Made by a program: the position numbers and the translations under genes. From contig JBHGNT010000014.1 in the NCBI GenBank assembly GCA_043228905.1, positions 12,834,001 to 12,898,000 of the forward strand: a stretch of DNA of 64,000 nt, in the 5' to 3' direction. How positions within the stretch are numbered: the stretch's first letter is position 1; every line of letters starts with the position of its first letter. Source of the stretch: Azolla caroliniana (lineage: Eukaryota > Plantae > Polypodiophyta). Of this stretch, positions 1 to 10,842 are shown piece after piece. The notes beneath the pieces were generated by a model that worked only from the letters and a program-made list of their open reading frames with translations, searched no databases and was not told where the DNA came from.

Positions 1-36
1 AAATTTTTTGAGAGCTTACAATGCCGAGATGACGGA

Positions 37-1716
37 GTGACAAGGCTAGATTTTTTTTGTCAAGTGGCGGCCGTATCAAGGTACGAAGAGGTCAAGGAGC
101 TCCGAGAAGCTCACGAATCATGGGAGTCCTTTGAGGTAGCTCTATTGGAGGCGTACGGGTATGTGGAACCGGAAGGAAGAGGTCGACATGAGTTCGATCG
201 GTGGGTGGCGTCGGCGAGGCGTCATCAGAGCGCGATGGAGGCATTCCGAAAGTTCGAGCGTCGTTTCTCTCAACTCTCGGAGTGGGAACGGAGATCGGTG
301 GGGGCAGACAAAGTCCTCCTATTTTTGAAGAGAGTCCATCATGAGGAGAGGATGGACGTCCTATTTGAGCTTCAAGATGATTATGGAGCACATGGTCTCA
401 CCGAGGAGTGGTCTGAGGTGGAATGGGTGTGCCGGCAACATGATGTGAGGCGGTCGGCCACAACACGGCCCGCGAGCAGCGGAGAAGAGAGAGCGGCGAG
501 TGACTACGCACTACCGCCGGAAGAGAGCTCAACGCAAAATGGTTTGGAGGAGCTCGACCTAGAAGCGCTAATACGGGAGGCATTCGAGCTTGTGAAGGCG
601 AAAATCGAAGCTGAAGAAAGGTTTATTATGGAGTCAGGCCGGAGTCGATCGGAGGATGCGGAGGAAGAAGCCTCCCTAAGCGTAGAAGGCGGGGCCTATA
701 CAGGGGCCAGGAGAGCGTACGACGGCGACATGGGAGAGAGTGCGGAGCAAGTGACGCTCTTGCCTTGTGGTGAAGGGATGGCCATGGAGGCTGGTAACTA
801 CGGATTCGGGACATGGCGGCCCGAAACATCGAGTGGGGAGGAGACAAGCGGTGGTGCCACGACCTTACACACACTGGCCCTAGAGGCTCCGGCGGTTGGC
901 CCGAGTGCCGACGTGAGACCTAGAGCGACGAGCGGTGGCGGTGGCAAGGCGGGCAACCGAGACGACGACGAAGATTGTAGCGGACGGAGGCAAGACCCCT
1001 TGACACCGGGGCCAGAGACTACGATGGTTGCGCTCGAATGCCAACATAATTTCGGAGAGAAGGGCTGTGGCCGTGAGGAGGCGTGGCCTGGAGCGAACAC
1101 GTACGAAGATGAGGATGCGAGGCCCGGAACGGGCATATACAAGAGGACCGATGGAGAGGTCGAGAGCGACAAAGAGGAGAGAGTCGGGGACCGACTCAAC
1201 CGGAAGACGAAGCGGAAGAAGAGTGAAGTGGGGGCCGGTCAGCCGGGCCCAAACCGAAAGAAGCCGGCAAGACCGGGATTGTTTGATCGACTCCTTACCG
1301 GCCGGTTACGGTTACGATGGGAGCTGGTAAGAGCGAGAAGGAGGGTAACCGGGCACGACGAGTACGGATTGGTGAGAGGCCGAGAGCAAGAGGAACCCTC
1401 CACACCTATTCTTGAGACTTTGGTGGTTGCGGATCAACGTAATACCAAAGAGACAGCGGGTGGCGGTGAGGAGTTGGAGGCCAATGCGGAATCGGGGACC
1501 GGAGCGGATATCCGATGCGGGAAGACGGACGAGCGGGGCCAAGACGGCAAGCCGAAGTCGGAAGGGGCTACGGCAATGAAGGACAAAGAGACCAACGCGG
1601 AGGTCGGGTCTATGACGGATGAAGCGTGTAACACGAAGCATGCATTACGGCGTAAAACGGAGTATGCACTACGAACGGCGAAGGGCCAAGAAGCAAGCAT
1701 GCACCCGGAAGAGTAA
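37..1716 (+). CDS. gag: Gag-like (capsid-only) ORF with acidic low-complexity tail, non-autonomous relative of the Trp-primed Ty3/gypsy group; 5' end probably outside window
   Basis: N-terminal ~135 aa align by eye with ORF at 21234 (WESFEVALLEAY...EFDRWVAS...DKVLLF...GLTEEW) and with Gag of element A; no CCHC knuckle or protease motif; shares PxLETxxV...ETxGGG motif with the 21234 ORF. Confidence 0.7.
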   Translation: MTRLDFFCQVAAVSRYEEVKELREAHESWESFEVALLEAYGYVEPEGRGRHEFDRWVASARRHQSAMEAFRKFERRFSQLSEWERRSVGADKVLLFLKRVHHEERMDVLFELQDDYGAHGLTEEWSEVEWVCRQHDVRRSATTRPASSGEERAASDYALPPEESSTQNGLEELDLEALIREAFELVKAKIEAEERFIMESGRSRSEDAEEEASLSVEGGAYTGARRAYDGDMGESAEQVTLLPCGEGMAMEAGNYGFGTWRPETSSGEETSGGATTLHTLALEAPAVGPSADVRPRATSGGGGKAGNRDDDEDCSGRRQDPLTPGPETTMVALECQHNFGEKGCGREEAWPGANTYEDEDARPGTGIYKRTDGEVESDKEERVGDRLNRKTKRKKSEVGAGQPGPNRKKPARPGLFDRLLTGRLRLRWELVRARRRVTGHDEYGLVRGREQEEPSTPILETLVVADQRNTKETAGGGEELEANAESGTGADIRCGKTDERGQDGKPKSEGATAMKDKETNAEVGSMTDEACNTKHALRRKTEYALRTAKGQEASMHPEE

Positions 1717-2179
1717 CAACGAGTGACCGGCAACGGCGGACCGGTCGAGCCTTTGAGAGTCAAACATGCGGCAAGAGACGGAGCGGTGAGTTTCCGGGAT
1801 CGGCGGATGAATGACGAGAGCGGAGGATGGTGTGCAGAGAGCAAAGAACTATGCATCGGGGAGAGAAAAAGCGGCTTCCCGAAGGGCATGCAAGGCCAAG
1901 CAGGCCAAGAGGGCGCAAGTCGAGGCAAGGCGGTAACGAGAGCCTCGAGGGACACCGACACGGAGGTCAGGATGACGGTACGCTCTACGGTGAGAGAGCA
2001 CGACGAGCAAAGGAGAATCGGATGGAGCTGATGGTTCGGGGACACGCGGTGGACGTGGTGAATCGAATGGAGCCGGTGGGTCGGGGCCGGTAAGGAGCCG
2101 GCAAGACGGATCGACGCCGGCAAGGGACCGGCAAGACGGTTGGGTGCTGGTAAGGCGAAGGACCCGTTTGATCACCGTC

Positions 2180-3259
2180 ACCGACTTCCGGATTTGAAAA
2201 GAATGCCGAAGCCGGTGTAGGGTTTTGTGGGGTCAATACCGATTTCAGTCCGTCGGTGAATCGGGGCACTAATTGTAGCAGACGGCCTAGTGGTAGCATA
2301 ATCTGGCAATCTTGTCATGCTTGTCACATTGGATTCTCATCCATGGTTTCTGTTTGTTCCTCCAAAGGTTTCCTTTGTTCTCGTAGTTCGGTCACATTCT
2401 GTTTGTTCGCGTTTTCTATCCATTCGGTGGCCTGTTTCCGGATTGCTTCCTAAGCCTCCCATTCTACCGTTCGTCCTTTCGATCGAGTGGTGACCTGCTG
2501 AATATAAGCGACCTCCACAATCACCATATTCACTGCCGGTTGTTTCTCATTGGTCTTGACCGGGCACTGACTGCTATAGTGTCTTTCTTGTCGGTAGTAG
2601 TAACAATACATTGTCTGTGTGTTACTTGATTCCTCTTTTCCCATATTACCGGATAGAAAGCCCGTTATCACCTAGTTTGGCTCCTCTATTCTCCGTTGCT
2701 CTGATTGGGCATTGGTCATGTTTTTATCGGGCTCCCGTTGATAGTCTCTAGCCGGTTCCTGACGCTCGTTTCTCCGCAAATTTCTCCTCCGATTTGAGTG
2801 ACGCCTATCTGAATCTGCATATTCTCCTCGTTGGTCATCCCTCTTGTTTTAGTCGGGGGAATAATCACGATCATACCTGTCACGGTTATATTCTCGGCTC
2901 CTATCCCTACGATCTCAATCATATGCCCGTCTGTTGTACCAAATATCTTGTATTGGTCGGTAGCGGTCATCTTGCCTGAACCATTCGTCATCGTTTCGCC
3001 ACTCTGTCTAGGGTTCGATCTGCCGGACTGGTACCGTCTGTCAGTTTAGTAGATTATATTCACATCAGTCCATAGTGTGGGCTCGGGAATGGCATAACAT
3101 GTATTGTGCTCTCATTGTGCAATCTACCATTGAGTGTCCGAGGTTAAGGGACATTGTGCATTGTATGGCCTGCCGAAATCGGAGGTCCTCTTCGGTAGGG
3201 AGTGCTCGTTGGAGTGCCCCCATTGACAGCCACGAATTGTTCTTGTCCATTTCCATTAC
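2180..3259 (-). pseudogene. gag: gag C-terminal part (zinc knuckles, pre-protease linker) of outer host element
   Basis: LPLGRLLQLVPRFT...FFSNPE homologous to ORF 60023; decayed CCHC motifs; internal stops. Confidence 0.75.
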
Positions 3260-3455
3260 CTGGTGTCGTGTTGTCACACTTGCGCGCGGGGGACCGCGGG
3301 GCCCTGAACCAAGGAGTGCGCGAAGATAAAAGGCAAAGAAAGAGAAGGAGTGAGACGGTAAGCGCCAGATGCTGGCAAGTGCAGAGCTTGCTAAACCGCA
3401 CATCCACCGGCATGCACCAGAAAGAGACAGATACCAGGATATAACCGACCCGTGG

Positions 3456-6380
3456 TCAACCTTCGCTCTTTGAATTATCGTCCGCTCTCTCCGGGACTGG
3501 CCTGTCTTCGTGCCACTTCTTGAACGCCTTGATTCTCTTCCCCACCATCGGTACCGCTATCCGTGTTCCGTCGAGCTCCACGGGATGGTAGGTGCCGTTG
3601 CTGTTCGCGCCCGTTACGACGTAGGGCCCATAGGGCCCGACCACCTCCTCGCGAATTACGCATTGCCTTGTGTTGATTGTTGAGGCTGCTGTTGTAAACC
3701 AACACCCAGTCGCCTTCCTCGATCTTCTTCGGTCGTAGCCGGTGCGTCCAGTCGAACCAACCTTTATTCTTCACCCTCCAGCGTGCAGCTTCGCCTTCGC
3801 CCGGTCCACGTCCTCTGGTCTTCGCTCGAGCTGGCGAATCCGCGCCGCCAACAGCTCTTCCCGACCCATCTCGTCTCTCCAGTCCACTACTGCCCCTGAG
3901 GAAATCGTCAGCTCCATCAGCATGATCGTGTTTTGCCTGTACATCAGCTCTACCGGCATGACCCTGATTACCGAACTGTGCATAGTTCGATCTGCCCATA
4001 ACGCGTAAGGTAGGATTCGCGGCCAGTTACCGACTTGTCCTTCGCACGCTCGTACTACGCCTTCACAATTGGCCCGTGTCCGCGCTCTACCTTCCTGTTC
4101 GCCTCCAGATTTTATGTTGTAGTGAGAGAGAGCTTAACCCCTAACTAGCCGAACAACTCCTAGGCTTCCTGCGCGTCCAACTCTCCCTGGTTAGCCACGA
4201 TCTTCCCTATGCACCCGTACCGGCATATGACCTCCTCGATCAGGAACCGACAGATGGCCGTAGTCGTCTTGTTCTGTAGCGCACGACCCTCCACTTGGTT
4301 CGTCAGGTCCTCTCGTGCAAGTGCTAGGTACCGCATCTACCCTACCCCCCATCGACATCGTCACTAAGTCCACCATCCACTTGAAATGGATAGTCGGCAG
4401 GTAGGTCGGGTGCAGCTCGTCTCGGTGTCGGATCGCGGAATGCACTTGGCAGTTTTCACAGGTTGTCACGAATTGGTGCACGTCCTAGTACATTCCTGGC
4501 CACCAATATTTCTCCTTCAGCTTCTCGAATGTAGCCCATGTTCCGCGGTGTCCGGCCCAAGGGCTATCGTGATACGCCGTTATCAATGCCTTCTGTTTCT
4601 CTACTCTTGCCGCTATGCGGAGCGGGACACGTTTCGCTTCTTCGGATGCCTCCATAAGTTGCCATCCCGCAGGAAGAACCAGTACGCCTTCTTCCGGATC
4701 CGGTTGGCCTCGTCCTTCGTCCATGCGGCGTCTGGTGTCAACGTCTTCAAGTACCTGCCGATCTGGAGCCATTCCCTGTCGTACTCGCCTTCATTAAATT
4801 TGTTAAGTGCCGGAGTGTGCTCTTCTCTTGCTGCTACGCGTGCCCACTCGAAGAAGTCTACGCCGACTTCTTCGTCTTTAGAAACCATGTTGTCTTCATC
4901 ATCAAAACGTGCTATGGAAAGCATATCAGCCATGGCGTTGTCCTTCCCAGAGATGTGTTGTATCTCCGGATTGAGGGACTTAATGTATGCGATCCACCTG
5001 AGCATTGCCAGGTCCGACGTCGTGCATCTGGAAACCATACTGAGGATCGGTAGGTAGTCCGTCTCGATTATTACCTCTGTCCCAATCAGATAGTCTTTGT
5101 CGACCTTGACTACCGAAACGATACCCAGAGTTCATGCTTAACCTGGGAGTATCCTCGCCGCCATTCACTTAGTACCTTTGTTCCGAATCAGATGGGGAAC
5201 CTTGTGCCATTCTCATCCTCTTGGTTGGTCACCCATCCAATCCCAGTCGGACTCGTATCCACGGTCACATAAATCGGGACCCCCCTTCGTAAACCACTTT
5301 CCGGAGTGTTGGTGCCGCGGTTAACGCCGCCTTCAACCGTCAGACCAACTCCGCCTGCTCTTCTCTCCATTCAAACTTACGAGCCCTTCTTCAACAACCC
5401 GTACATCGGTTCTACGACGTGTGTGTAGTGTGGAATCCAGATGTGGTAGAATGCACACATGCCCAGGAATCTCCGGACCTCCGTAACCTACTTGCATTCT
5501 TCTTTCATTACGGAGATGGCTTCTACCTTTGTTGGAGACGGTTTCTGGCTACAAGGCCCACACAAGTGCCCAACCACCAAGATTTCGAACTGCCCGAAAG
5601 CCGACTTCTCCCTGGAGAAGGTGAGCCGCGCACCCTCGAGCCTTTGTAGCACCTTCTCGCAATCGTCGATGTGATCCGCCACGAACCTTCGGCATCCATC
5701 TGGCCCGACTGAATCATCCTTATCTTCCACTGGACACCCCTTGATCGGGATGTCATCCAAGAATGGCATGGTGATGTCCGGGATACAGTCCCTTAGCACC
5801 TTGTTCATTGCGTTCACCATGTGCACCACCGAGTTGGTTCCTCCTTGTGGCAGGGTACACATCCGCACTAAACGGAGAGGAGTCCGCATGGTCGTAATAT
5901 CCCTGCTCTCTACGGCTAGTTGGAATTGATTGTATCCTGAGTATAATCACCAACTGAATAGATCGATCTTCCAGTGAAGGCCTTTGCAAACTCATCAATA
6001 GTCGGCCCGATCCCTGCATTTCGTATAATCACTTTGTTGACTAGCTGTAGGTCTTGAATGAAGTGCAACGCGCTGTTCTTCTTCGGGACCGTAAACCACC
6101 GATTTGAATACGGGGCATCTCCACCTTATGCTGACCTTCGTTGAACCAATGGTTATCTTCACAATACCGCATGCATCGTGGAACCTCAAACCAATTCCTG
6201 TACCAAGAGCTCACATCCCGAAATTGATGGATCTATTGAAGCATAAGGTGGAGATGGGCATCCTTGACACCGGTTATCTTACAACCTCCGCTACTGGAGA
6301 ACCAAAACTTCCTACCTATGGTACATGTTTGGGGTTCCTCCGGGGTGTCCGGACTATTGCGGCCCCACGCCTTGATATCC
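3456..6380 (-). pseudogene. pol: pol (RT-RNaseH-integrase) of element D, frameshifted and deleted
   Basis: Fragments TLPQGGTNSVVHM..PFLDD, LRWIAYIKSLNP, HRGTWATF, FKWMVDLV, GPY homologous to ORF 13017. Confidence 0.85.
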
Positions 6381-7439
6381 CTATCTAAAAATCCCCTCGG
6401 CCGTCGTAGCCGAGGGTCTCTCGGTTGTGCTCGTGGTTCGGTCGTACCATCAAGAACTAGACGGAGTGACATTCATCTTGGCTTTTTACCCCTGCGTATG
6501 CCGAACCGTTGTCCAACACCTTGGTCTCCATACGGGCTGCCATAATGTATGGCTCGCCGAGAATAACTGGGTGCGAGGATGTTCCCTACACGAAGAAGTG
6601 CTAATCTATTTCGACGTCGCTGATCTTCACACGCACATTCGGGCACGCTCTGTGTAGCTCCTTCGTAGCGCGTGTAGCCGCACGTATTTTCCACCCGTGC
6701 TTAGTGTTGATCGACCATTTTCCCTTTTTTGTAGAAGTCCATGGACATTAGGTTTATTTTGGAGCTGTGGTTTGTCAATGCTACCACCGGCTCTTGGACG
6801 TTCCCGATCCAGATCCTGGCTGACGCTGAATAGTGGACGACCTCTACATGGTGCACCGCACCTTCCTCCATTAGCTGTTTCATTCCGCCACGTCCGGTAT
6901 TCACCTCCAGGGCTCTCCGGGTGTCGCTAGCGTGCACCCGCTCGTTCCACAAGTAAATTCCGCGCAATCTCTTCTGTTGTGTCTGATCGCGTTGTACCAC
7001 ATGCATCGTTGTCCGGCTGGAGGCCTCCGGTCACGCGATTGTTCTCCACTGTCTCTCCGAGCCTGTGTAACTGGAGGTCACGCACCATCTCCATTAGTTC
7101 TTCTAAAGCCGCTCCTCCGGATGGGCCCTTGACCATGCTGGAGCACCTCCGCGTGGATGCCCCATGTCACCACCCGAGGGAACTCGAACAGTCGTATCTC
7201 CTCCGGGATGTCCCTCATTATCATCTCGGCCCGATAGGCCTCCAAATAACTTGTTGCGTTCTTTCCCCCGAACCGGCCTATCATGCCGACAATAGACTCA
7301 ATGGCCATATCGAGGGTACCCGTACCCTCACGAGCGCTCACTAGCCGGTCGACGGCTACCGCCATGGCTTCGGCGAGTTCGGATCCTCTCATCTTCCAAC
7401 TCCTCTACCTCCTTGTTTCACGTCGGGTTCACCAAATAA

Positions 7440-8198
7440 TCTCGTGTTATCATGCTTGCGCGTAGGAAACTAAGGCGGGACCGCGGGGGCCCTGAACCGA
7501 GGAGTGCGCGAAGATAGAAGGCAAAGAAAGAGAAGGAGTGAGACGGTAATCCCTAGATGCCGGCAAGCGCAGAGCTTGTCGAATCAGACAATGACACGAC
7601 AACACACCAAGACAGACAACGAGTCGCAACGATTTAGAGAAGATTGCAACTGAGCAGAGATCACACTTAGGAAGAATCGATTACAACTAATCAGAGATTA
7701 CAACTTAAGAAGAGTTGATTGCAACTAAACGGAAATTACAACTGGCACGTCGACGTCCTCGCCAATCACTCACACTCACACACACACACACCAGGTCCAA
7801 AGTGTGTTGAGTAGCTTCTTCCAGAAGCACACGGGCTTTCCTCGTGAACAGAGGCATCCACCTAAGAATCCTACAGAGATAACAAAAGAAATTGGTGCTC
7901 GGTTCCCAGTCCGACAACACCTCCCCCTCTGCCTAAAAACGATCCCTCTCTTAGTCTTTCTTTCCCCTGTTATAGGCCATTGAGGGTGGGCCATTACACC
8001 CTTGTTACATCACCTTTATTCTCTATCCCGTCGGACAGAGATGTGTCTTGATTTGCTAATCTATTAACATGTTTATATTTACATCACGCCGGCCTATTCT
8101 TAAATAAGGTACTTAACTTAAATCGGTGCGAATCCGTGTAAAACCCGTTCACGTGCTAGGACTCCCAATTCCTCCTAGGGCTGGTTTTCTCCACGACA
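7440..8198 (-). repeat. 5' LTR of element D
   Basis: Adjacent to Trp PBS; similar to remnant at 3264-3430 and to LTRs of element B; contains GATTACAACT repeats and a CA microsatellite. Confidence 0.8.
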
Positions 8199-8202
8199 CC
8201 GG

Positions 8203-8893
8203 TCCATGACTTGGTCTATGGTCCTAGTTTGGGAATCAATTACCGCACACATTGTTCAGAGAGGTTCTCGAAGCGCTACCAAAAATATCACTTTCACTTC
8301 TTCTTCCGATGGTGCTCTGATGAGTTGACTGTGCAACGTCTGGAATCGGATGATGAACCACGACATGGTTTCTGTTGGTTCCTACCATGTCGTGTAGAAT
8401 TGACTAACGATTTCCCTTTGTTCCACTTTCCTGTGGAAGAAGCGCAAATTTTTTTTCTTTAATTCTTCAAAGGTGGCAATGCTGCAGGGAAGGTGCTTGT
8501 TGTGCCATCGTGCCGCCAGTCCTTCCAGGGTCATGCAGAATTCTGCTAGCTTCGAGTGTTTGGCCTCTGCTTCAGTTGGTTGTTGTGAAACATGGTTCAC
8601 TTTCCATGTTTGGAGAAAGGTGCAGATGTGGGCCTCCGCGTCCGGGTCATCTATCAGATACTGGTACAACATGGTGTTGTCGTCTATCGGTTCAGCTGGA
8701 GGTTGTGTCGGTACCCGCTCCTCTTACTTCTTTGGTGACTCAAGTGGTGATGTCGGAGCACGTTCCTCCTGAGTCTCCAATTGGTTGTGTGGTGATGTCG
8801 GTGTCGTAGTGTATTTCGTACACTACATGAAAAACGGATCCAGCGCCAAAAGGCACGACATCGGTACTTGCTCGTCTGAACCTGGTTCGTTGA
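8203..8893 (-). pseudogene. gag: gag (capsid region) of outer host element, interrupted by the 59-bp insert
   Basis: DPDAEAHICTFLQTW...EFCMTLEGLAARW...QREIVSQFYT homologous to gag at 25900-26400. Confidence 0.75.
8802..8860 (+). mobile_element. 59-bp miniature element/solo mini-LTR of the Trp-primed family
   Basis: TGTCGTAGTGTATTTCGTACACTAC...AAAGGCACGACA, matching the left and right ends of elements C and A; perfect 4-bp TSD TCGG (8798-8801, 8861-8864). Confidence 0.9.
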
Positions 8894-9428
8894 CCAGTGT
8901 CGTGTGGTTTTTCACACACGATATGAAAACTAGTAAAATAAGTATTTACAATTAGCTTAATGGATTAATATGGGAAGATAAATATCTTCAAGAGCTTCAT
9001 AACGCACTTTTCTATGGATGAAACGGATAACGAAGTATCAAGTTATGTGTGAATATAAAGTTTGAGAGGATAAAGAAAATAGAATTGTGAAATATCCCAC
9101 ATAGATAGGAAACTTTAGGATCCATCTATATAAGCACATTGAGAACTATTAGTTTTTATCTATGTGTTGAGAGCACAAAAGGAATGGTTAGACTTAGACC
9201 AATTTGTCTACATGGACAAATGTGGCTAAGGAAACCGGAAACCGGAAACCAGAAACCAGAAACTAGAAATTGGATGCAACCAGCAACCGGAAAGCGGATG
9301 GAGCCTATGATTGGATAGAACCAGCAACAAAACTGGGAACCGGAAACTGGAAACTAGATGGAGCTGGTGACGAAGTTGGGAACCAGAACTGGATGACGAC
9401 GGAACTGCAACTGGCAATCAGACGGAGC

Positions 9429-9897
9429 TGTTGTCCGCTGGAATAGTAACCAACGGACAGGAGCGTAGAAATATAGAATATAGTAAAAACGTAACGCATG
9501 TAAACGGTTCACGCGGGAAGCGTGAATGGCTAAAAGACCCTATGTATATAAAGGGCAGAAATCCTCTGATAGAGGTAGCGTGTAATTTTGAATGCAGAAA
9601 GCGTATCTTAATAGAGTTCTATCTTCTCTAGTCCTTGTGCTTATCTGTGGTTAATCTACTATGTGTCTGTGATTCTTGGTGGTGTAGCGTAATCGTAAGA
9701 GCGTAGGCGTGAATGATAGTGTGGTTACTAGTGCACGGTCTAAGGAGTTCGGTTGTAGTTGTCTCCCTTATACACTACTAGGATACGGGACGTATCCCAT
9801 TAAGTATTACAATACAACAGTACCATTCATTGCAATGCAGTCACTTTGAGGTCTAGGTCGAAGGACTGATTGTAGACCGTGTTCCTAATCGGTAACA
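9429..9897 (+). repeat. 5' LTR of Athila/Tat-like element
   Basis: Direct repeat of 33911-34379. Confidence 0.92.
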
Positions 9898-10016
9898 CTT
9901 TTGGCACGCTTGGTGATCTGTGTCTCTTCACAGACAAACAGTGACGAATGGATGTTTAGCCGTAGACGTCCCAGAGAACCAACACGACAAGACCGACCAA
10001 TCACACGGTGTCGCGT

Positions 10017-10804
10017 TGTCGTAGTGTAGGTTGCACACTATGTGGAAATTATATTTTTGTCCCTCCGGATAGAGAATGGAGTGCTCGGTGAGAACCGGAA
10101 GAAAGCGGCATACCGGCAAGGAGGAAAAACGGCATACCGGCAAGGAAGAGCCGGATAAAGAGACATAAATGTAAAAAAAAGGAAATACTCACTACTGCGC
10201 AAGGCGTGATTCGAACTCTGCACCTCCACGTTGACAAACCCCAACCTTACCATTACATTAAATTATCTTAAGTGTTTTAAATATAGATTTAATATGTATA
10301 AGACCTTTATTTATGCATACCTTTATTAAAAGGTAAATCGTGTATTTCTTTAATATATGAAAAAGAAAAAAAACACGAGACACTAAAAATAACTCATGCA
10401 CATCTAGCGTGCATGAGCCCTATACTTAGGAAATAAATAAAAAAAAAGCATCACATGCACATTTAGTGTGCATGAACATATGAGAAAAAGCATGTAGCTA
10501 TGCTTAGTCTCTCCCATCACTATATAAGGATGGGGAGCACATTGTAGTTGTTGTTGATTATTTGGATTAAGTATTAATCAATACAAAAATTATTCGTGGG
10601 ATTCACGATTTATACATCTACTTCTCTCTTAACACCCTAAGTACCAATTAATATAGTATACTCGTGTGATTCACGAGTTTCTTATCTTTCTCTTCGCTAT
10701 TTATTCATAATTAATCTCTATCTCACGAACTTCTTTCTCCTAGTCCAAGACCTCTGTGGTTCCCACCCGACTCACGCAACGATCCGGAGCCGAAAGGCAC
10801 GACA
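10017..10804 (+). repeat. 5' LTR of element A
   Basis: TGTCGT...ACGACA termini; TATA-like TATATAA near 10521. Confidence 0.97.
10196..10267 (-). ncRNA. Degenerate tRNA-like module (A box/B box, GTC in anticodon position) inside LTR U3, followed by T8; second copy at 16651-16722
   Basis: TAATGTAATGGTAAGG...TTGTCAA...GAGTTCGAATC with canonical tRNA spacing; stems pair poorly. Confidence 0.5.
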
Positions 10805-10808
10805 CAGT

Positions 10809-10825
10809 TGGTGAACCCGACGTGA
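10809..10825 (+). promoter_or_regulatory. Primer binding site, tRNA-Trp
   Basis: TGGTGAACCCGACGTGA complements the 3' end of plant tRNA-Trp(CCA) (...TCACGTCGGGTTCACCA). Confidence 0.85.
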
Positions 10826-10842
10826 AGACGGGTGGCAAGGAG

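Larger units (their letters stand above)
3264..8198 (-). mobile_element. Element D: degenerate tRNA-Trp-primed Ty3/gypsy with internal deletions
   Basis: 5' LTR 8198-7440, PBS TGGTGAACCCGACGTGA (7434-7418), gag-PR remnants 7392-6385, RT (PFLDD)/RH/IN fragments, 3' LTR remnant from 3264; 4-bp TSD CTGG (3260-3263)/CCGG (8199-8202). Confidence 0.85.

Noticed and set aside
10196-10267. Functional tRNA-Asp gene
   Set aside because: Acceptor, anticodon and T stems do not pair; kept only as a tRNA-like promoter module
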